Shown: positions 1-8,741 of the stretch, in pieces
Position numbering within the stretch: the stretch's first letter is position 1
Layout of the letters: each line of letters opens with the position of its first letter
From: an uncultured Rhodospirillaceae bacterium
GTDB lineage: Bacteria; Pseudomonadota; Alphaproteobacteria; MPNO01; UBA2964
Assembly (NCBI GenBank): GCA_964477025.1
Contig: CAYZDH010000003.1
Coordinates: 1-42,511 of the forward strand
Length of the DNA: 42,511 nt
Reading direction: 5' to 3'
Notes under the pieces: model-generated
Told to the model about the DNA's origin: nothing
Seen by the model: only the letters and a program-made list of their open reading frames with translations
Databases searched by the model: none
Translations under genes and position numbers: made by a program

Positions 1-2
1 CA

Positions 3-260
3 CATGTTTGCGCGTCGTCAAATGGCCGAGATCAACCCGTATTTGGGCTTTGGCCGGTCGCCTTGGCAGGGGATCTCCGTAGCGCTGTCGTCAAGGAAGG
101 TATTCGTAAAGTAGACATCTGGACTGGTCGCTATAATCTTGTTCGTGCAAACTGGTCGATAGACCCCATTGACCCGTTTTTAAATATTAATCGACCATCG
201 GATCTTGCCGAAGCTGAAAAAGTTCTTCGCGCTAACTTGACGTACCCAGGGTCTAGGTAG
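3..260 (+). CDS. mobA: Molybdenum cofactor guanylyltransferase MobA, 3' part (5' end outside window)
   Basis: Frame is open from position 3: HVCASSNGRDQPVFGLWPVALAGDLR...DPFLNINRPSDL, matching the MobA C-terminal (H/Q)PVFGLW and F.NIN.P.DL motifs; lies next to modE and FDH. Confidence 0.88.
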   Translation, partial: HVCASSNGRDQPVFGLWPVALAGDLRSAVVKEGIRKVDIWTGRYNLVRANWSIDPIDPFLNINRPSDLAEAEKVLRANLTYPGSR

Positions 261-273
261 TTTTATCGAGGAT

Positions 274-639
274 ATGGAAAAGAACCGAGAAGGAACTCCT
301 GCTTTAAAGATACTCCTCGGCGCTGCGGTTGCTCTTGGCCCCGGTAAAGTTGCGTTATTGGAGGCTGTCGATCAGACAGGATCTATTACTGGAGCGGCCC
401 GCGAGATGGGGATGTCTTATAGGCGCGCTTGGAAGTTAATTGAGGCAATGAATTGTGATTTCAAGTCACCTCTAGTTATTACCAATGCTGGTGGTTCAGG
501 CGGTGGCGGTGCACAAGTTACACCTGCAGGATTTGATGCGTTGACGCGTTACCGCTCTATGGAAGAAAAAGCCGGTCAAGCGGTCCGGAAAGAAATTTCA
601 GATTTTTCTAGGCTTCTACATCCAGCAGCTAAAAGCTAA
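274..639 (+). CDS. modE: ModE-family winged-helix regulator (N-terminal HTH only, no TOBE/molybdate-binding domains)
   Basis: LGPGKVALLEAVDQTGSITGAAREMGMSYRRAW...GGSGGGGAQVT is the ModE N-terminal signature; only 121 aa; GAGG RBS upstream. Confidence 0.88.
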   Translation: MEKNREGTPALKILLGAAVALGPGKVALLEAVDQTGSITGAAREMGMSYRRAWKLIEAMNCDFKSPLVITNAGGSGGGGAQVTPAGFDALTRYRSMEEKAGQAVRKEISDFSRLLHPAAKS

Positions 640-647
640 TTCGAGAA

Positions 648-3413
648 TTATTCAGCGGCAGCTGCTTTTGCGCTTTCAATTCTCGCTGCACAAAATTTAA
701 ACTCAGGAATTTTCCCAAAAGGGTCGAGCTGTGGGTTGGTTAGGAAGTTTGCTGGAGCCTCCGCATAACAAAATGGGATAAATATGACGCCCTGCGGGAC
801 AGCACGATCAACTCTTGCCTTAAGTTCCAAAATGCCGCGACGTGTCGCAACCCGGACCATTTCTCCAGGTTTAACCCCAATATCTCGCATGTCCCGTGTA
901 TTTAGACAGGCGACTGCCTCTGGCTCAATGGCATCAAGAATGCTGGCCCGTCTAGTAATTGCGCCGGTATGCCAGTGTTCTAGCTGGCGTCCTGTTGTCA
1001 GGACCATTGGATATTCTTCATCCGGAAGTTCAGCAGGAGGAACTATATCAGCGGCGACCATTTTTCCCCTGCCTGAAACAGTGGGGAAACCATCGCCGAA
1101 TACAATTTCGTTGCCCGGGACATTGGGTCCATCACAGGGGTAGGTCACGGCGTTTTCACGGTTTACCCTTTCCCATGTAATATTCTTCATTGAGGGCATG
1201 ATTTGTGCCATCTCGGTAAAAACCTCGCGTGGGTGTGTATAATTCCAATCCAATCCCATGCCACGCGCCAACTCTTGGATAATCCACCAGTCTTGTTGGG
1301 TTTCCCCTTGAAGGGGTAAAGCACGCCTTCCCATCTGCACCTGGCGATTTGTATTGGTGACGGTTCCGTCTTTTTCTGGCCAGGCCGAAGCAGGTAGGAC
1401 CACGTCAGCGTGGAACGCAGTTTCTGTCAGGAAGATATCCTGCACGACCAGTACTTCTAAAGCTGAGAGTGCTTCGCGGGCATGCTGCGCATCTGGGTCT
1501 GACATCGCCGGGTTTTCACCCATAACATACATACCCTTAATTCTGCCGGCATGAACCTCATCCATGATCTCGACAACGGTGAGGCCTCGTTCAGGGTCGA
1601 GCTCTGTGTTCCAGAATTCTTCAAATCTGGACCGAATGTCTTTTTCGGTTACGAGTTGGTAGTCTGGGAAGAACATTGGCACTAGACCGGCATCGGATGC
1701 ACCCTGCACATTATTTTGTCCGCGTAAGGGGTGAAGCCCTGTTCCTGGACGGCCAACCTGCCCCGTCATAAGAGATAGGTCGATTAGACATCGCGCATTA
1801 TCGGTACCGTGAATATGCTGTGAAATACCCATTCCCCAGAAAATGATTGAAGCTTTTGATTTTGCGTAGGTTCGGGCAACGGTACGCAATGTTTCAGCGC
1901 TAATACCGCAAACCTCTGACATCCTCTCGGGAGGGAAGGCTGCGAGATGGTCCTTAAGTTGCTGGAAACCATCTGTATGAGCCTGGATATATTGCTCGTC
2001 ATACAGGTTCTCTTCGATGATCACGTGCATAATGGCGTTAAGCATTGAAACATCGGTGCCTGGCTTAAATTGCAGCATATGAGTTGCGTGGCGTTTTAAC
2101 GCTTGGCCTCTGGGATCCATGACAATCAGAGTCTTGCCATCCCTTACAGCCTGCTTGAAGAAAGTGGCTGCAACTGGGTGATTTTCCGTTGGGTTTGCGC
2201 CAATCACCATAATGACTTCGGCATCCCGAACGGCTGTAAATGGGGCCGTAACGGCACCAGATCCAATACATTCCATTAAGGCAGCTACGGAAGATGCATG
2301 GCAAAGCCTGGTGCAGTGATCTACATTATTTGTTCCAAACCCAGTGCGGACGAGTTTCTGGAAAAGATAGGCTTCCTCGTTTGATCCCTTGGCCGAACCA
2401 AAACCTGCCAAGGACCCCCCGCCATTTTGTTCGCGAATTTGACGCAATCCACCAGCTGCGCGTTCAATAGCTTCTTCCCAACTTGCTTCACGAAAGTGGG
2501 TTAATGGATTAGATGGGTCTATATCTTCGAATGCATTTTTTGTTACATTGTCCCTGCGAATAAGGGGCACCCTTAAGCGGTGAGGGTGATGTACGTAATC
2601 AAATCCAAAACGGCCTTTGACGCAAAGCCGATTTTCATTTGCTGGTCCTTCGCGACCAGTCACATATAAAAGTTTTTCGTCTTTTAAGTGATAGGTGAGT
2701 TGGCAACCAACCCCACAATAGGGGCAAACTGAATCTATTTTTCGATCAGCTTTCACGCGACCTGGATTTTTGTTTGAGGTTACAGATTTGGGCAAAAGTG
2801 CGCCAGTGGGGCAGGCTTGAACACATTCACCGCATGCAACGCAGGTACTGTCTCCCATTGGGTCGTCAAGGTCGAAAACGATTTTTGCTTTTGATCCGCG
2901 CTTTGCCATACCGATTACATCATTGACTTGGACGTCACGGCAGGCGCGCACGCATAACGTGCAGTTAATACAAGCGTCCAAATTAACAGCCATGGCAGGA
3001 TGGCTTGAATCAGCACTTGGCATTTCCTTTTTTGGGAAGCGACTTGAGTCTACACCAACGTCCTCCGCCCATTGCCAAAAACGGGAATCGTAATCGTGGT
3101 GTTTGGTTCGATCAGGTTGGTCCGCGACTAGAAGCTCAAAAACCATTTCACGAGCTTTTTTGGCACGTTTGCTGGCGGTTATAACCTTCATACCCGCGTT
3201 TGGCTTACGAATGCACGAAGCGGCTAAAACGCGTTCACCCTCAATTTCGACCATACATGCGCGGCAGTTGCCATCTGGCCGGTAACCTGGTTCCGGCGCG
3301 TAACACAAATGCGGAATTTCTGTACCAACACGTTTTGCGACCTGCCAGATAGTCTCCCCGGGCTCGGTGATTACGGTTTTTCCATCTAGCGTGAACTTAA
3401 TCTTGTCTGCCAT
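648..3413 (-). CDS. fdhF: NAD-dependent formate dehydrogenase alpha subunit (Mo/W-bisPGD, Cys ligand)
   Basis: N-terminal 2Fe-2S (PHLCY...CRACMV...ASC), two 4Fe-4S (CINCTLCVRAC, CVACGECVQAC), CPYCGVGC, active site CTRLCHASSV, PLRGQNNVQG. ATG at 3413 preferred over TTG at 3431. Confidence 0.95.
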   Translation of the reverse strand: MADKIKFTLDGKTVITEPGETIWQVAKRVGTEIPHLCYAPEPGYRPDGNCRACMVEIEGERVLAASCIRKPNAGMKVITASKRAKKAREMVFELLVADQPDRTKHHDYDSRFWQWAEDVGVDSSRFPKKEMPSADSSHPAMAVNLDACINCTLCVRACRDVQVNDVIGMAKRGSKAKIVFDLDDPMGDSTCVACGECVQACPTGALLPKSVTSNKNPGRVKADRKIDSVCPYCGVGCQLTYHLKDEKLLYVTGREGPANENRLCVKGRFGFDYVHHPHRLRVPLIRRDNVTKNAFEDIDPSNPLTHFREASWEEAIERAAGGLRQIREQNGGGSLAGFGSAKGSNEEAYLFQKLVRTGFGTNNVDHCTRLCHASSVAALMECIGSGAVTAPFTAVRDAEVIMVIGANPTENHPVAATFFKQAVRDGKTLIVMDPRGQALKRHATHMLQFKPGTDVSMLNAIMHVIIEENLYDEQYIQAHTDGFQQLKDHLAAFPPERMSEVCGISAETLRTVARTYAKSKASIIFWGMGISQHIHGTDNARCLIDLSLMTGQVGRPGTGLHPLRGQNNVQGASDAGLVPMFFPDYQLVTEKDIRSRFEEFWNTELDPERGLTVVEIMDEVHAGRIKGMYVMGENPAMSDPDAQHAREALSALEVLVVQDIFLTETAFHADVVLPASAWPEKDGTVTNTNRQVQMGRRALPLQGETQQDWWIIQELARGMGLDWNYTHPREVFTEMAQIMPSMKNITWERVNRENAVTYPCDGPNVPGNEIVFGDGFPTVSGRGKMVAADIVPPAELPDEEYPMVLTTGRQLEHWHTGAITRRASILDAIEPEAVACLNTRDMRDIGVKPGEMVRVATRRGILELKARVDRAVPQGVIFIPFCYAEAPANFLTNPQLDPFGKIPEFKFCAARIESAKAAAAE

Positions 3414-3607
3414 TACATCCGCCTGAAACAAACTTTACTTTCAACCTAGTTTCCGTTGGTCGAAGGGTCAATTGAAGTATTGTCCCTCAATAAAGATTAT
3501 CTAAATTCTGAGTGTCCAAGCCTTTTGGGTTTGGATCTCATCGACACCGTATTCCGTTCACAAAAATTTCATGTGTTTCATGATAATTAAATTCTAAAGT
3601 GATTCTG

Positions 3608-4474
3608 TTATTCAAATCCAAAAAGACGTGCCGGATTGTCGACTAGAATTTGTTGCCGCGTTTTTTCGTCATTAGCCCAGCTCATAAACTGATCCAATAA
3701 AGTCCCATCATTCGGAATTGCGACCATTGAATTAGGGTGAGGCCAGTTCGTGCCCCAAACAAGGCGGTCGGGCCGGGTATTGATAAGTCTTTGGGCGAAC
3801 GGTGACATATCTTCATAGGGCGGGCCCAATACGGATAATCGATACCAACTGCAGATTTTAGCCCAGCAATGGTCAGTCTCTCTGAGTAAGTCTAATAAAG
3901 TCTGGAAGCTTGGGCTGTTAATAGCGTCGGCCCCTCGAACCCGAGCTAAATGATCAAACAAAATGTTATTTGATAATTTCCGAACCCTTGGTGCCAATTC
4001 AAGAATTTCTTCAATATTGGTTAGGTGGATAAGGGTTGTCCATCCCAGCTCTTTCATCAGCGGCGCCACTCTCTCTAATTCATCCAAGCGGATTGCTCCG
4101 GGCGAAAAGCTAGACAGTCTAATCCCACAAAAATTTTTTGAGACAAGAAACTCTAGATTCTTTTCAAGCGCGTCGCGTGGCATTGCCGCAATGCCACGGA
4201 TGGAGCCTTCAGAACGTTCTAACGCATCAACTGTTACAGGATCGATGCTGCCGTAATCACGTGCTTGCACCAAGATGGAACGTTCTATGCCAAGCACATC
4301 AAGCATATTTTTGTATTGTTCGTAACTAGTCTCCGGGCCGTCGCCGTTGTCTGGGTTGATAGGAAATAGCGAGAAAGGTCCGTAGAGATGGGCATGAGTA
4401 TCACAAGTAAGAGGTGGAGGCTGTATTTTCGGGTTGTTAGGATTCCAATCCGGCCCGTTAATTAGATCATTCAT
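3608..4474 (-). CDS. Amidohydrolase_2 family (LigI/COG3618-like) hydrolase, divergent active site
   Basis: CDTHAH, DHLAR, WGTNWPHP, ILVDNPARLFGF; ATGA overlap with the stop codon of the FDH beta gene. Confidence 0.85.
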   Translation of the reverse strand: MNDLINGPDWNPNNPKIQPPPLTCDTHAHLYGPFSLFPINPDNGDGPETSYEQYKNMLDVLGIERSILVQARDYGSIDPVTVDALERSEGSIRGIAAMPRDALEKNLEFLVSKNFCGIRLSSFSPGAIRLDELERVAPLMKELGWTTLIHLTNIEEILELAPRVRKLSNNILFDHLARVRGADAINSPSFQTLLDLLRETDHCWAKICSWYRLSVLGPPYEDMSPFAQRLINTRPDRLVWGTNWPHPNSMVAIPNDGTLLDQFMSWANDEKTRQQILVDNPARLFGFE

Positions 4475-6168
4475 TTAATATCTTCAGGAAAATATTTGAA
4501 GACTGAATTGAGGCCGTTTGTGGCGGCCTGACCCAGGCCACAAATTGAAGCGTCTTGCATTACTGTTGACAGTTCCTTGAGGAGAGGCTTATCCCAGGTC
4601 TTGTTTTCAAGAAGCTGTACAGCTTTTTCGCAACCGTTGCGACAGGGAGTGCATTGGCCACAGCTTTCATCCTCGAAGAACTTTAGAAGGTTTAGAGCGA
4701 CGTCACCGGTGTCATCCTCCTCCGACAAAATAATAACAGCAGCTGAACCTATTAGGCATCCATATTGCTCAAGAGTACCAAAATCCAGTGGTTCTTGATC
4801 CATGCTAGCCGGGAGAATGCCACCTGAAGCGCCACCAGGCAGGTAACCCTTAAAGTTATGCCCATCTTGCATGCCGCCACAATATTCATCAATAAGGTCA
4901 CGAACTGTGATCCCAGCGTCGGCAATTTTAACGCCGGGGTTCTTGACGCGTCCCGACACGGAGAATGTTCGTTGACCTTTTGACCCGTTGCGACCTTTTT
5001 GGGTGAACCAGCTAGACCCTTTTTGAACGAGGTCTCGGATCCAGTAGAGAGTTTCAACATTGTGGATCAAAGTGGGACGACCAAACAAGCCTACCTGAGC
5101 AGGGAAGGGCGGCTTATGACGGGGTAACCCCCTCTTACCTTCAATTGATTCCAGCATCGCGGATTCTTCACCGCATATGTAAGCACCGGCGCCACGACGC
5201 AAATGGATACGTCCGGGCTCTAACAGGTCGCCCGACTCAAGCTTAGAAATTTCCCGAAGAAGGATTTTGCGAATATCGGGATATTCGTCGCGCAAGTATA
5301 TATAAATATCTTGTGCTTCGACGGCCCAAGCCCCGATCAACATCCCTTCGAGGAAGCGGTGAGGGTCGCGTTCTAAAAACCAGCGATCTTTAAAAGTGCC
5401 AGGTTCCCCTTCGTCTGCGTTCACGGCCATAAGTCGAGGGCCTTCCTCCGCTCGGACAAACTCCCATTTGCGTCCAGCGGGAAACCCCGCCCCACCTAGA
5501 CCCCGCAACCCAGATTCGTTGAGAATTTCAATGAAATTTTCTGGTGTGTGGGCCCCGCTTATGCACTCGCGGAATAATTGATAACCACCGTGTGTTTGGT
5601 ATTCATGTAATTTGATGTAGTCTGGCAAACTCCGGCTTATTTTTTTCTCTCCAGCAGCTTCGAGCACTACAGCAGCTGTTGCAGGGGCAAATTGGGCGTG
5701 ACCAATAGCTACTGCGGGCGCCTTGTCGCAGGCACCCATGCAGGGCGCTCGAAGAATTCGAATTTCAGTGGGGACATCTTTTGAAAGGGTGGAGATTAGT
5801 TCTTCTGCGCCAAACATTTCGCATGTGACGCTATCGCATACACGTATCGTAATTGGTGGGGGACGTTTGGTGTCATCATTAACTATGTCAAAGTGCGCAT
5901 AAAAGGTTGCCACTTCATATACTTCTGTTAGAGCAATTTTCATTTCCTCTGAGAGGGCGACGAGATGTTCTGCGGATAGGCAATCGTATTTGTCCTGTAT
6001 CAAATGCAGATATTCAATCAGTAAGTCCCGACTACGCAGATTATCGCCGAGAAGATCGAGAATTTGATCATGTGCGTTCGAGTCAAGCTGACGACCTTTG
6101 GGGTGCGCTGCTCCTCTCCCCCCACGCCCTGGATGGGAATGTCTCTTTACAGATTTATCTTTGGCCAT
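4471..6168 (-). CDS. Formate dehydrogenase beta subunit (NuoE-NuoF fusion, FMN/Fe-S diaphorase; Fdh1B type)
   Basis: N-terminal HPGRG..PKGRQ and LLIEYLHLIQD; NuoE-like CDSVTC/CMGAC; NuoF motifs GLRGLGGAGFP, NADEGEPGTFKD, GAGAYICGEE, ESCGQCTPC, ICGLG. Confidence 0.93.
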   Translation of the reverse strand: MAKDKSVKRHSHPGRGGRGAAHPKGRQLDSNAHDQILDLLGDNLRSRDLLIEYLHLIQDKYDCLSAEHLVALSEEMKIALTEVYEVATFYAHFDIVNDDTKRPPPITIRVCDSVTCEMFGAEELISTLSKDVPTEIRILRAPCMGACDKAPAVAIGHAQFAPATAAVVLEAAGEKKISRSLPDYIKLHEYQTHGGYQLFRECISGAHTPENFIEILNESGLRGLGGAGFPAGRKWEFVRAEEGPRLMAVNADEGEPGTFKDRWFLERDPHRFLEGMLIGAWAVEAQDIYIYLRDEYPDIRKILLREISKLESGDLLEPGRIHLRRGAGAYICGEESAMLESIEGKRGLPRHKPPFPAQVGLFGRPTLIHNVETLYWIRDLVQKGSSWFTQKGRNGSKGQRTFSVSGRVKNPGVKIADAGITVRDLIDEYCGGMQDGHNFKGYLPGGASGGILPASMDQEPLDFGTLEQYGCLIGSAAVIILSEEDDTGDVALNLLKFFEDESCGQCTPCRNGCEKAVQLLENKTWDKPLLKELSTVMQDASICGLGQAATNGLNSVFKYFPEDIK

Positions 6169-6278
6169 TTTTTTGATCTTACCTAACCTGGCGTGTCATC
6201 AATTTTTTGCTCTGTGGATTAGTTGGTACCTATTACAGCACAATAATTACAGAGAAATCCGGTATATTGCCATTGTTA

Positions 6279-6455
6279 CTAATGATTTTCTTCTAATAAA
6301 ATTAAGGAAATCACATCACCATTTATCAATTCTTTTCCCCGATTCTCAAAATTGACCGTAATGCGATTGTCGATTGCCGATTGGACTTGGCCAACACCCC
6401 AATCTTCATGTTGGGGGTGACGGACTAAAACGCCAGGTACAAGTTCTTCATTCAT
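6279..6455 (-). CDS. DUF3553 family small protein (58 aa; below the ORF-track cutoff)
   Basis: Manual translation: MNEELVPGVLVRHPQHEDWGVGQVQSAIDNRITVNFENRGKELINGDVISLILLEENH*; VRHP...WG.GQVQS...ITVNF is the family signature; GGAG RBS upstream. Confidence 0.85.
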   Translation of the reverse strand: MNEELVPGVLVRHPQHEDWGVGQVQSAIDNRITVNFENRGKELINGDVISLILLEENH

Positions 6456-6774
6456 TATATTCTCCGGAGTCTCTCTTAAATTAGACTATCGAAAACTATT
6501 AGAGTAGCCATGTTCGATATTCTGTTTGATCTGCTGCAGTTAGCTCGTAAATGGAAAAAATGGATACCCGAGTTTGGTCTCATATGTTTCCGAATTAGTT
6601 CGCTTGCCGCGATTCCAGGCTGGAAAAAATACCCACCATCCGGCGCAGATCAGGCCTAAATTCGTTAAAATTAAGTTTTACGCCTCGATTAATTTAACTG
6701 CAACTTTGGAAATGAAAAGAAATTCGTCTGAAAATCTCACTTTTAGGCTGTTTTTGTAGATTTGGGGATGGCAC

Positions 6775-6810
6775 TTGAAGTCGGGGGAGCTGGTTCATAT
6801 ACTCCGCGCC
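6775..6810 (+). promoter_or_regulatory. sigma70-type promoter of dksA with GC-rich discriminator
   Basis: TTGAAG (6775-6780), 17-nt spacer, TATACT (6798-6803), then CCGCGCC; GGAGG RBS before ATG at 6835. Confidence 0.65.
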
Positions 6811-6834
6811 GAAATCTGAGCGTCTGGAGGTGAC

Positions 6835-7251
6835 ATGCCACCCAAACTACCCAAGAATTACAGGCCATCAGCAAAAGAGCCTTTTATGAATGCTAAGCAG
6901 CGCGAGTACTTCCGGCAACGCCTATTGCGTTGGCGGAGTGAACTCCTTCGAGAAACCAATCAAACGCTCCAAAATCTTCAGGAAGATTCTCTTCAGGCCC
7001 CAGATATAGCCGACCGGGCATCAGCTGAAACCGACCGAGCAGTCGAATTAAGAACAAGAGATCGCGAACGTAAACTGGTTCAAAAGATTGATGAAGCCCT
7101 CAAACGGATTGAAGAAGGAGAATACGGTTACTGTGAGGAAAGTGGTGAGCCAATCGGGTTGCGTCGTCTTGAGGCGCGCCCGATAGCGACGCTCAGCTTA
7201 GAGGCACAAGAGCGCCATGAACGCTTGGAACGAATTTATCGAGACGAATAA
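6835..7251 (+). CDS. dksA: RNA polymerase-binding transcription factor DksA
   Basis: EPFMNAKQREYFR, DIADRA (DxxDxA) coiled-coil tip, RTRDRERKL, YGYCEESGEPIGLRRLEARP. Confidence 0.97.
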   Translation: MPPKLPKNYRPSAKEPFMNAKQREYFRQRLLRWRSELLRETNQTLQNLQEDSLQAPDIADRASAETDRAVELRTRDRERKLVQKIDEALKRIEEGEYGYCEESGEPIGLRRLEARPIATLSLEAQERHERLERIYRDE

Positions 7252-7280
7252 TCCAACTAATTTGAAATCTGTCTTCTCTA

Positions 7281-8417
7281 TCAATCCCGAATATCCTGCA
7301 GAAACCAGTCGGTCGGGATTTCCTTGCCGAGCTTTCGTCCGATGCATGTTTTGTAAACGTGGCCGCCTACGGACGAAAATTGTAAGCCCTGGTTTCCGAC
7401 GTTTCTATAAAATGTAACCTGTTCCCTGCTAGTTCGACCTAGAGAGGGGTCTGCAATTAAAGCCGCAAAGTCAGGCTTGTCTCCACCCTTGCCGCGATCA
7501 TTGAATTCCGGATCATCTCCACCAAACCCTGGGTTGGGGTTTTTCTGAGGTATACGTTTCATTTCCTCCGTAGTTCCGCCGATAAAGGCGGCTGGACTAA
7601 GACCGCGCTCCGCTTGAAACCGCTCTGTTTGTTTCATTTGAAGGCCGGCTGTCCCCTGACGGATAACAACATCAAACTTATCAATTACGGCGTCGCTTAT
7701 TTCTCGGCGTCCAAGGTTAGTTACGTGCATACCTGGCTCAATCCAATCCGGGTCGTAGACCGGCACCATTGAGTCTGTGCAGGTTGATAATATATCGCAG
7801 CCACTCACCGCTTCTTTCGGGTTGTCGACGGCAACAACTTCAAAGTTCATTTTTTCATTCATTTCTTCAGCATATTCTTCGCGGTGTTCTGGTGTAGGGC
7901 TATAAATTTTACATTGTTGGATATTCCTCACACAGGCGAAGGCCTCAAGAAAAGTTCTGGCCATCCCTCCTGAGCCCAGCATTCCTACCACATGGGAGTC
8001 TTCACGAGATAGATACTTTACGCCGATCCCAGCGCCGCCACCGACACGCATATGTTGAATGTGCCCGTCATTAATAAAAGCTAAAGGCTCGCCATTATTA
8101 GTATTAATGAGTAGGACAATGCCGCAATAGGTGCCCGGTTCGCGGCAATATTTTTCTTCCGTCCAGTTCCCACTTTGATCTTCCGGCCAATACATCACAT
8201 CGGATTTCATACGGATAGCAAAGAACCCGTCATTGGCCCCTTCCATAGTACCCCAGCGAAAATATCCGTCTTCACGTTCTGCTGGCATGTACATATCAAT
8301 TCGCGGGCGGTGGATAGCGCCGCCAGCCGGGAGTTTTTTAAAGGCCTCTTCCTGCACGCGGATGCAGTCCGACATTTCCAGTACGTCGGCGACAATTGCA
8401 TTATTGATGATGAGCAT
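7281..8417 (-). CDS. Ornithine cyclodeaminase / mu-crystallin family protein
   Basis: NGEPLAFINDGHIQHMRVGGG, Rossmann GMLGSGGMA, DILSTCT, WIEPGMHV, VTFYRNVGNQGLQF. Confidence 0.85.
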   Translation of the reverse strand: MLIINNAIVADVLEMSDCIRVQEEAFKKLPAGGAIHRPRIDMYMPAEREDGYFRWGTMEGANDGFFAIRMKSDVMYWPEDQSGNWTEEKYCREPGTYCGIVLLINTNNGEPLAFINDGHIQHMRVGGGAGIGVKYLSREDSHVVGMLGSGGMARTFLEAFACVRNIQQCKIYSPTPEHREEYAEEMNEKMNFEVVAVDNPKEAVSGCDILSTCTDSMVPVYDPDWIEPGMHVTNLGRREISDAVIDKFDVVIRQGTAGLQMKQTERFQAERGLSPAAFIGGTTEEMKRIPQKNPNPGFGGDDPEFNDRGKGGDKPDFAALIADPSLGRTSREQVTFYRNVGNQGLQFSSVGGHVYKTCIGRKLGKEIPTDWFLQDIRD

Positions 8418-8741
8418 CAGGCTTTCCCTAAAATTTATAAATTCACGATATCAAACAAGCGGAAGGAGCCCAAGGGGTAGTGCTGGAATATTGGATTGAA
8501 GGGTCGATAAAAGCCTCCCAACACTTCAATTAATCCTATATTCCACACGCTCCGATAGCCTGGTAATGGGGACGCTAATTGAGTTTTTTAGGCTCGCTGA
8601 CGGCTAATGCGGCGTTAGGTATTGCTCTTGAATATATTCGATTGCAAAACACCAGACTGATTCAAAACTTTGGCAAAAGACATGTTCAACTATTTTCGTA
8701 GACCCTCTAGGTTAAATTTAATTCTTATCAACGCAAAAATT

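Noticed and set aside
648-3413. Selenocysteine in FDH alpha
   Set aside because: The metal ligand is an ordinary Cys (RLCHA) and the frame is uninterrupted
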